A DNA stretch of 64,000 bases, taken from positions 128,001 to 192,000 of the forward strand of contig CAWVVV010000004.1 of assembly GCA_963933835.1 (NCBI GenBank), written 5' to 3'. Below are positions 48,891 through 56,781 of the stretch, one piece after another. The number at the start of each line of letters is the position of its first letter. Position 1 is the first letter of the stretch. Both the position numbers and the translations under genes were made by a program. The notes under the pieces are model-generated. The model saw only the letters and a program-made list of their open reading frames with translations. It searched no databases and was not told the origin of the DNA. Source of the DNA: an uncultured Puniceicoccaceae bacterium. Its GTDB lineage: Bacteria > Verrucomicrobiota > Verrucomicrobiia > Opitutales > Oceanipulchritudinaceae.

Positions 48891-49287
48891 TTAACCACAA
48901 ATACATGCATTCGACAGGCTCATGCCAGGACGGACCTGATCATCTGTTGAAAAACTTCACCACGAATGGACACGAATTAGCACGAATCTGCTCAACAGAA
49001 AGAGTGATCTAACCAAAAAAGCACAAACACCTTGGCTCAGTGATATTCACCACAGAGGGCACAGAGGAAAACGGAGAACAGTTAAGGACTGATTGCATCC
49101 TGTTCATCCTGTCAGAAAAACAGAGACTAAGCATTCGTGCTATTCGTGGTTAAACCTTACAGAGCGATAAACCAGTTCATTGGTTTTCAGTTAAACAGTT
49201 TTCAGACCCCCAAGCCCCTCCGCCTGACAGAGCCTAAGCATTCGCGAACATTCGTGTTCATTCTCGGTAAACCCAACAGAGCCTAAA
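48891..49287. repeat. Modular palindromic repeat cluster 5
   Basis: CACCACGAATGGACACGAATTAGCACGAAT, CACCACAGAGGGCACAGAGG, then ATTCGTGCTATTCGTGGTT and ATTCGCGAACATTCGTGTTCATTCTCGGT with ACAGAGCCTAA linkers. Confidence 0.85.
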
Positions 49288-49327
49288 CCGTCATCCGCGT
49301 CTATATATTGTTCTACAAATGCTCTAT

Positions 49328-49987
49328 CTAAAAGCCATCATAGCTTTGGGCTTGGAGCGCGAACTTTTGGAGCTCACTGACGGTTTCTCTAACGGCTTCG
49401 CCGATGGAATCATGCTGAGTAATATCCGAAATCCGGGCCTTTGTCTGCTCGAGCTCGGCGTGACTGAACATGAGGTTACCCAGCTCACAGACGTCGACGA
49501 GGGCGATGAGGACGGATTCTTCACGCGTGGGCTTACTCGACGCGTCGAGGATGATACGTCGCAGTCGTTTGAGCACGGCAAGCTCTTCTGAGAGGTCAAG
49601 GGTCTCATAATGTTGCGAGTGGAATACCCAGAGGATGTCCTCATCATCCTTACGTAGAATCTTGTGATAAACGAGACGATCAAGGATCTGCCTTCGAAAC
49701 CGATCCGCATTTGCAGCGAGGTGCGTGATCAAGTTCTGGAGACTGGGTCGCACCATACCGCACAGGTTTGAAAGGGCCTCGAGGAGTTCCTCTTCTTCTG
49801 GTGGGTTCACGCCCGGCGCGATATCGATCTCGTTAACCCCAAGTGAGATCAGTTCATGGTGTATAAGCTCGGCGATGAGGGCCCCTGCGAGGGCATGATC
49901 AAAAGCCTGTTCGGGCATCTTGCGAAACTTGACCGTCTGATCATCAAGGCCGAGGAGTATAAGAGATTCTGTGACGTTTAGCTTTAT
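49328..49987 (-). CDS. GPP34/GOLPH3 family protein; expected start codon reads ATA
   Basis: In-frame extension (ATA)KLNVTESLILLGLDD precedes ALAGALIAEL...LWVF...Y. Confidence 0.7.
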   Translation of the reverse strand: MKLNVTESLILLGLDDQTVKFRKMPEQAFDHALAGALIAELIHHELISLGVNEIDIAPGVNPPEEEELLEALSNLCGMVRPSLQNLITHLAANADRFRRQILDRLVYHKILRKDDEDILWVFHSQHYETLDLSEELAVLKRLRRIILDASSKPTREESVLIALVDVCELGNLMFSHAELEQTKARISDITQHDSIGEAVRETVSELQKFALQAQSYDGF

Positions 49988-50132
49988 TCTTTACAATGGC
50001 TAAAGCTGAGCTTCACGGCAAGTCATATGATCCCTTAGATTACGCTATTAGAGCCCCTATAGTCTACTATTCGAATAGTTTATTCCTGACTCTATTGATC
50101 ACCTCTAATGAAGGCGTTCCAAAAACCTCTCG

Positions 50133-50962
50133 CTAACCCTCACGCTGCACTTGGCGGATAAGATTCTCGATGTATCCATTATCACCTGACAACACATGGT
50201 TCTCTTTGATCTCCCATGGGCGCCCCGTCATGTCCATCAGGCGTTCATAAATCTTTCTTTTGACTCGTTTCCAGCTGGCTTTGGTCGTTTCGGTTTTTTG
50301 ACGTTTAAGAATCATACGTCTACCCGGGTGGCTAAAAAGGGTTCAGGCGGAAGGTGCGGGACGACGTCTTTTTCATTCATGACTCGATGGTGAGGGCCCT
50401 TGCCCTGTGTCATCATCTCATGATCAAGAGCGGTCGCGAGGGCGTCATCTCCGGGTCGTGGACTGGCGAAAGTATAGATTCCATAGACAGTGTATCCGGC
50501 CTCAAACATCATCGCAGCGTAGAGGGAACATAAGGCACCTCCGAGACTGTGACCCGTAACCCAAATGCGCTGCTCGTTGTCGTTCATATGATCGATACTG
50601 TTGGTTACTTGAATGACCGAAGGAAAGAGTGCGTCCTGAAAGCCTTCGTGCGTTTTCGTGAGCGGGCCTGGGTCATGGACAGCTTGGAAATTGGCAAACC
50701 AGTCATTGACGTCATCTGAACCTCTAAAGACGACAACGATGTCCTGCTCATTGCCAGCAATGAAGCACTGCGTATCAATGTCTTTAGCCTTACGCACGTT
50801 AATGAAGTCGCAGCTGTCGAAGCCGAGCTGTTTTGCCCCGGCTTTTATGGCAGAGCCATTTCTATACGCTAGGTCGCAGAGGACGGCCATGGACAGAGCT
50901 GTTTTTGCGTCATAGCGCTTTGTGCGCCTGAGGCCTGTATAGTGTTCCAAATATTCGCTCAT
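50133..50962 (-). pseudogene. Lipase class 3, frameshifted near the C-terminus
   Basis: VVFRGSD..DW, H.GF, VTGHSLGGAL, TFASPR.G, D.VPHLPP; one T short in the run at 50334-50338 (restored reading PFFSHPGRRMIL). Confidence 0.7.
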
Positions 50963-51184
50963 GATGAATTCCAGTTTGAAGTGGGACGGCCTGGGAGCCA
51001 TTGGCGGCTAGGCGCATTCATAGAGAACAATCCCTCCCAATATGTCTACGCTTATATGGTTAGTTCTGCTCAGAAAACCGGTCTGCACGACAACGCGGCT
51101 AGTCTTGGAGTTAACTCGCTGAGGAGCAAAAAAGACTTAGCGACGCGCCTTGCGCCGAGCGCAGAATGGCTCAAGCCTTCGGTC

Positions 51185-51835
51185 ATGAAAATCAAGACGG
51201 CACGTTTTCAGACCAGTGTTGCGGCGTATGATGAGTGTCCCAAGGCCTCGCGGCCGGAGTTCGCTTTCGTCGGTCGGTCGAATGTGGGGAAGTCCTCCCT
51301 GATCAACATGCTGACAAACAAGAAGGAGCTCGCGAAAACATCGGGGGTGCCGGGTAAAACACAGCAGATAAATTTCTTCGATATCGACGCTCGCTGGCAT
51401 CTCGTCGATTTGCCGGGCTACGGCTTTGCGAAGGTCTCGAAGGCACAGCAGGAGCAGTTCAATATCCATGTGAGCGCCTACCTGACGCAGCGCGAAACGC
51501 TCAATCAAGTCTTCGCCCTCGTCGATTCCCGGATTGAACCACAAAAGAACGATTACGAATTCATCGCATGGCTGGAAGAATGCGAAGTCCCCTACTCGAT
51601 TGTTTTCACGAAGACGGACAAGAGCTCGGAAGGTCAGGTACAGCACCACATCGGGCTCTTCCAAGAGGGGCTAAAGGAGCGAAATCTAGAACCCACGATG
51701 ACTTTTAAGTGCTCGGCTAAAACTGATCGCGGCCGCGGCCCAATCCTCAACTTCATCGAAGGCAAGCTACCGAAGAAGCCTAAGGCTTCGAAGTCTGTGC
51801 CAACGATGAACCTGTCATGGATGAAGAAGAAATAG
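51185..51835 (+). CDS. engB: Ribosome biogenesis GTPase YihA/YsxC
   Basis: GRSNVGKSS, PGKT, DLPGYG, TK.DK; ATG at 51185. Confidence 0.93.
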   Translation: MKIKTARFQTSVAAYDECPKASRPEFAFVGRSNVGKSSLINMLTNKKELAKTSGVPGKTQQINFFDIDARWHLVDLPGYGFAKVSKAQQEQFNIHVSAYLTQRETLNQVFALVDSRIEPQKNDYEFIAWLEECEVPYSIVFTKTDKSSEGQVQHHIGLFQEGLKERNLEPTMTFKCSAKTDRGRGPILNFIEGKLPKKPKASKSVPTMNLSWMKKK

Positions 51836-51860
51836 GCGTCATTTTTACCTGCGTGCGTTT

Positions 51861-53072
51861 ATGAGTGATCCAACGAAAACGACCCGTCTCCGCATCGACC
51901 TATTTCCGCGGGCGATCAAGGCGATCCGAAGTGGTCACCCATGGATCTACCGGGATAGCATCAAAAGCCAAAACCGCGACGGCGATATTGGCGAATTGGC
52001 GATCATGTATGACAGCAAGAATCGCTTTCTTGCGGTGGGGCTCTACGACCCCAGCTCACCCTTTCGCGTCCGCATTCTCCACCATGGCAAAGCGGCTACG
52101 ATCAATCGAGAATGGTGGCTGGAGAAGGCAACGGCCTGTCGTGAGTTGCGTGACAAAGAAGTCTTCAGCTCTGAAACGAATGGCGCCCGCTGCATCAACG
52201 GCGAAAGCGAAGGCTTTCCTGGCATCGTGGTTGATCGCTATGCAGATACGCTCGTGGTTAAGCTCTATTCTGCCTCATGGCTGCCACATTGGGAAGAGAT
52301 CGAGTCCGTTTTTCGTGAAGTCTTTGCGCCGCGTTTTCTCGTTCTGCGTCTGAGCCGAAACATTCAGCCAATTGCGGCAAAGCGATGGAAACTCAAAGAA
52401 GGCTTTTGTGGTGATGCGGGCGAGGACATGGTTATCTTTAAAGAAAACGCCCTTTGCTTCGAAGCCGCTGTCCGCGAAGGCCAGAAGACAGGATTTTTCC
52501 TCGATCAACGCGATAATCGAGCCCGTGTCGAGAAACTGAGTAAAGGTCGTGCAGTGCTGAATGTCTTTAGCTTCTCCGGTGGGTTCTCACTCTACGCCGC
52601 TCGAGGGGGCGCAAAAAGCGTGACTGATCTCGACATTAGCGCGCACGCTTTAGCAAGTGCGAAGCGGAACTTCGCGCTCAACGCCGCCGAGGCGCCCATC
52701 TCGAATGCTTCCTATGAACAAGTGCAGGCAGATGCCTTCGCTTGGATCGAAACAGCAGAGGAAAAATTCGATCTCATCATTCTCGATCCCCCTTCGCTCG
52801 CAAAACGTGAAAAAGAACGGGAGCGCGCCATCCAAGCTTACAAGGGCTTGAACAAGCGAGCCATGCAGATGCTTCACCCAGGCGGCATCCTCGTCACAGC
52901 CTCATGCTCAGCGCATGTTAGCGCAAAGGAGTTCCTCCTTCTTGTCCGTCAATCAGGCAACAACAGCGGACGCAGATGGAAAGAAAAGTGGACGAGCGGA
53001 CACGCAGTGGACCATCCGGCGGGCTTTCCTGAAGCGCAGTATCTGAAAGCGATCTGCATGGAGTTCAGTTAG
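51861..53072 (+). CDS. RlmI-family SAM-dependent rRNA methyltransferase
   Basis: GHPWIY, GESEG.PG..VD.Y, GQKTGFFLDQR.NR, DPPS, SCS. Confidence 0.85.
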   Translation: MSDPTKTTRLRIDLFPRAIKAIRSGHPWIYRDSIKSQNRDGDIGELAIMYDSKNRFLAVGLYDPSSPFRVRILHHGKAATINREWWLEKATACRELRDKEVFSSETNGARCINGESEGFPGIVVDRYADTLVVKLYSASWLPHWEEIESVFREVFAPRFLVLRLSRNIQPIAAKRWKLKEGFCGDAGEDMVIFKENALCFEAAVREGQKTGFFLDQRDNRARVEKLSKGRAVLNVFSFSGGFSLYAARGGAKSVTDLDISAHALASAKRNFALNAAEAPISNASYEQVQADAFAWIETAEEKFDLIILDPPSLAKREKERERAIQAYKGLNKRAMQMLHPGGILVTASCSAHVSAKEFLLLVRQSGNNSGRRWKEKWTSGHAVDHPAGFPEAQYLKAICMEFS

Positions 53073-53132
53073 AGGGTAAGGTGCCCCTGAATCTCATTGC
53101 ACTACCCTAGCTAAAACGATCAATCTAAGTTC

Positions 53133-53727
53133 ATGTTTGGTCACGCTATGCTCTCTCAGCGTATTGCCCTCCTCACTGCAATTTCCCTACTTTACCTAGC
53201 TAACTTCCCACTCCGAGCAATCGACAAAGTTCGAGTCGAGACCCGGGTGGATGAGGCAATTGAGGCTTTTGATGTCGATGGAGAAGGCGTTATTGTCGCC
53301 CTCCTAGACCGCGGCATAGGTTGGCAAATAATGACATCCGGAATGAGGATGGCACGACGCGGATTAAATACATTTTCGACCTCAGTGACGCTACGGGCGC
53401 AAATGCCGCAGAGAACCCCTATGGTGCTGGCACGATATACACAGAAGACCAAATCAACGCGGCACTGAATTCTGGGAATCTCCTAGCCCACCGCGACGCG
53501 GTTGGCCATGGAACGACGACTGCGGGCATCCCAACGGGCAATGGGCGAACCTCGAGCAATCGCAAATACCGTGGCATTGCACCCAAGGCATCCATTATCG
53601 CAGTTAAAGTCACCTCTGATGGAGCTCCGGCTCACGACAACCAACCTGCTGAAGCATCGTTCTTCAACTCCGCATTCATACCCATCGCGATTCAGTTCGT
53701 CGCAGATAAGGCCGCAGAATTAGGAAG
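53133..53727 (+). pseudogene. S8 subtilase (Csp-like) N-terminal remnant
   Basis: VALLDRGI (Asp) and DAVGHGTTTAG (His); frameshift near 53325; truncated before the catalytic Ser at the cvfB stop. Confidence 0.75.
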
Positions 53728-54570
53728 TTACTTCGAGAGGCGAATGCCGCCTTCTTTTGGGAACTCAATTTTGCGTTCCTTGTAGAGCGTAGAAAGCGTT
53801 CGCTTGAAAACCTTTTTGCTCACGTTGAAAGCTTTGCGAATGAGCTCTGGTGAGCTCGAATCGTCGTAGGGAAGATCCCCGTCCTGCTCCTTCAGCGCAG
53901 CGAGGATGCTTTCACTCAAGCCACGGATCGGCGGCGGCCCAGAGGGATCGAGACTTAAGTCGATCTTCCCATCCGGACGCACAGTACGAACGTATCCATT
54001 AATCACTTCACCAACTTTGAGGCTCGTCCCAAGATCGCTATGATAGACGAGCCCACTGTAGCGCTCTTCGACAATCGCATTGTAGCCGAGTGGCGTCCGA
54101 TGCGTGATGAGGAACTTCACTGGCTGTGAGTCGGTGTAGTGTGGCCGCCCTTCGGATAGGAAGCGCTGCCACTTCGTCGTCGCTACGATGCGCTGAGTGA
54201 GGGTGTCGAGTTTGACATAGACGACAACACATTCTCCCACCTCGACAAGGACTTCACCCTGCTCACGATAAGGCAAAAGTAGATCTTTCCCAAGACCCCA
54301 GTCTAGAAATGCACCAATCTGCTCATGCACATCGACCACGGTCAGAGCAGCAAATTGACCCACGACGGCGTGCGGACGCTCGGTCGTCGCGATGAGACGA
54401 TCTTCCGAATCATTATAGAGAAAGACCTCAAGGTCATCGTCTTCAATTGTGCCCTGTGGAGCCAGTTTACCAGGAAGCAAAATATCCCCGAGATCCTCCC
54501 CATCGAGGTAAAAGCCACTCCCTGTTTCCCGCAAAACTGTGAGGATATTATACTTACCTATCTCCGCCAT
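53728..54570 (-). CDS. CvfB-like S1 RNA-binding protein
   Basis: FLY.DSEDR.IAT, GAFLDWGL.KDLL.P..EQ, R.DGKIDLSL, SKK.FKR....LYK. Confidence 0.88.
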   Translation of the reverse strand: MAEIGKYNILTVLRETGSGFYLDGEDLGDILLPGKLAPQGTIEDDDLEVFLYNDSEDRLIATTERPHAVVGQFAALTVVDVHEQIGAFLDWGLGKDLLLPYREQGEVLVEVGECVVVYVKLDTLTQRIVATTKWQRFLSEGRPHYTDSQPVKFLITHRTPLGYNAIVEERYSGLVYHSDLGTSLKVGEVINGYVRTVRPDGKIDLSLDPSGPPPIRGLSESILAALKEQDGDLPYDDSSSPELIRKAFNVSKKVFKRTLSTLYKERKIEFPKEGGIRLSK

Positions 54571-54867
54571 TTCGAAACCTTGAAGACATCTTTAGGCAAT
54601 GGGGAGAGCTAAATATAACAAACTGCTTGGCATACATCCCGGATCAGCTGTTTTTGCCCTTAGCAGCCTCGTTGAAGCGTTAAGTGCGTTTTCCATTCGT
54701 CACTTTTCTCTCGACGCGCCTTCGGCAGATATGCACATAAGCAGACAGTGAATTGCACTCAAAACAGCACCCAACTTCGGAACAAAGTATCCATTTGGAT
54801 TCTTTATGCTCCTTCGGCGTGCTCACAAGTGATGTAGCTTTCTTCTAGCAGATTTCACTTTTCCGAT

Positions 54868-54898
54868 GCCCGCCGAGATTTTCTCTGCGGGCTTTTTT
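54868..54898 (+). promoter_or_regulatory. Intrinsic terminator in the 5' leader of the DMT gene (candidate attenuator)
   Basis: GCCCGC-CGAGATTTTCTCT-GCGGGC-TTTTTT ends 5 nt before the ATG at 54904. Confidence 0.6.
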
Positions 54899-54903
54899 GT
54901 GCC

Positions 54904-55869
54904 ATGAAAACACCCACCGAAACAGTTCAACCCTCCGAAGAACCTGAGCCATCACGTTCAGCCCAGTTTGTCGTCTTTGGAATCATCGCCTTAGGGTCGC
55001 TCCTCTTTTCCCTCAAAGGTGTCTTTGCGAAGTTGGCCTACAACCATGGCTCGGATCCACTTGAAATCCTCACGCTCCGGATGGCATTCGCTTTACCTTT
55101 CTTCGCGACAACATGGTTGATCATCGAGCTGCGCAAGGCCGCTGCCCAACCTGCGCAACGGCTCAAGGACATAGCACAACTCGCCGCCCTTGGTCTCTTG
55201 GGCTACTATGCATCCTCGATGCTCGACTTCATCGGCCTACAGTATGTGAGCGCGAGTCTCGAACGCATCATCCTCTACAGCTATCCAACCATGGTGCTAC
55301 TGCAGAGCGCTAGGATCTTTCGCCAACGCATCGAGCGCAGTCTCTATTTCGCCTGCCTGCTGACGTGGGCCGGGGTCTCCTTGTCCTTTTTTGGAGAATC
55401 CAGTTTTGAGCATGACACTCCATCTCTCCTCTTGGGAGGTGGGCTCATCCTCCTCTGCGCTTTCACTTATGCGCTCTTTGTTGTTCTGAGCGGGCGACTC
55501 CTCAAGCGCATCTCTTCGCAACATTTCACGAGTGGAGCGATGACGTTCTCAAGCCTCTTCATGTTGTCCCACTTTTCTGCTACACGAGGGATTGAGAACC
55601 TCTTCACGGCTGCCCCCGAAGTCTTGGGCATCGGATGCTTCCTAGGCATCTGCGGAACAGTGATCCCGGGCTACCTCACTGCCTACGGCCTCAAGCATAC
55701 CGGGGCAGCTCGCTTTGCTGTGGTCAGCTCCATCGGACCGGTCATGACTCTTTTCGCGGCCACTTATGTTTTAGGAGAAGTTCCAACTGTTTTCCACTGG
55801 GTTGGACTTGGCCTGACACTTTTTGGTGGACTCTCCGTAGTCCTCAAGAAGAAGCAAGCATCCGACTAA
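54904..55869 (+). CDS. DMT/EamA family transporter
   Basis: About 10 TM; KGVFAKLAY, LRM.F.LPF, GLQY.SA.LER.IL..YPT. Confidence 0.85.
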   Translation: MKTPTETVQPSEEPEPSRSAQFVVFGIIALGSLLFSLKGVFAKLAYNHGSDPLEILTLRMAFALPFFATTWLIIELRKAAAQPAQRLKDIAQLAALGLLGYYASSMLDFIGLQYVSASLERIILYSYPTMVLLQSARIFRQRIERSLYFACLLTWAGVSLSFFGESSFEHDTPSLLLGGGLILLCAFTYALFVVLSGRLLKRISSQHFTSGAMTFSSLFMLSHFSATRGIENLFTAAPEVLGIGCFLGICGTVIPGYLTAYGLKHTGAARFAVVSSIGPVMTLFAATYVLGEVPTVFHWVGLGLTLFGGLSVVLKKKQASD

Positions 55870-55895
55870 GGTTTCATCTGGTTTTGAGATTCGAT

Positions 55896-56525
55896 CTACT
55901 CCGACCGGAATGGAATGGTTATCCGAACCCAGACAGAAACAGCCTTACCATCCTTCTCACCAGGGCGGAATAGCCACTTTTTGACCGCCTTTACTGACGG
56001 ACCCTCAAAGCCACGATCAGTTGAATTGACGGCACGGACAAGCGTCGTTGTTCCATCAGACCTGACGACAAATTCAACCGTCACGGAACCTTCAATACCC
56101 ATTCTCAAATACTCGATCGGATAAATAGGCGGGACCTGCTGAATAGCTTCCGGCGGAACGGTGAGGTCTTTTATTTGATGAATGAACTCAGCGAGTTCAT
56201 CTCCGACGATACCCGTATCCACGACCACTCCACTGCCTGCCATCCCACTCAAATCGAGATTCAGAGCGGTCTCAATAGCGGTCAGAGACGGCGGCTTAAA
56301 CTTCTCTTTAGGCGGCGGAATATCAACAACCTCCTTAATAATATTCTCAACAACTGGCGGGTCAAAAGGCGGTGGCGGTGCAACAACAATACCTGAGTCT
56401 ACCGGTGAAACTTTTGGCACGACCTTCAGCGATATCATTTGTGCCATTGGAACCACAATAAAGACCGCTATACCGCACCCCAAGCACCATAGAAGGCTAC
56501 TTGATTGTATTCGTCTTAGAGACAA
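55896..56525 (-). CDS. Energy transducer TonB family protein
   Basis: N-terminal TM, Pro-rich linker, P.YP....GIEG.V.VEFVV..DG, W.F.PG...G..V. Confidence 0.85.
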   Translation of the reverse strand: MSLRRIQSSSLLWCLGCGIAVFIVVPMAQMISLKVVPKVSPVDSGIVVAPPPPFDPPVVENIIKEVVDIPPPKEKFKPPSLTAIETALNLDLSGMAGSGVVVDTGIVGDELAEFIHQIKDLTVPPEAIQQVPPIYPIEYLRMGIEGSVTVEFVVRSDGTTTLVRAVNSTDRGFEGPSVKAVKKWLFRPGEKDGKAVSVWVRITIPFRSE

Positions 56526-56781
56526 CAGGAGATAGAAGGCGCATAGGCTAAACTTTATTGAGTTGATGGCTGTTCACCTAATCAACGCACCGAGCTCCCG
56601 AAATCTTAAGGCCCCAAGCCAAATTAAACCAACATACATTGTATCAATGCATGACTACACACAGAGCAGTCTGAATGGACGACCGGCTGGGATTCACATT
56701 CCCAAGGAACACGACCACCGCGAATGAGCCTCTTCATTTGAAGACGCCTTGTAACCGATAAAACGGATTCAGGTAACTCTA

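Noticed and set aside
41844..49287. CRISPR array or classical integron interpretation of the repeat clusters
   Set aside because: The variable parts are not unique spacers but words from a small vocabulary, the constant part is only ~12 bp and degenerate, and there is no cas gene, integron integrase or clear attC RYYYAAC..GTTRRRY layout in the window.
56640..56770. Cobalamin riboswitch upstream of tonB (minus-strand GGGAATGTGAATCCCA)
   Set aside because: Only a partial resemblance; B12-box and flanking stems not found by eye. An Infernal scan would settle it.
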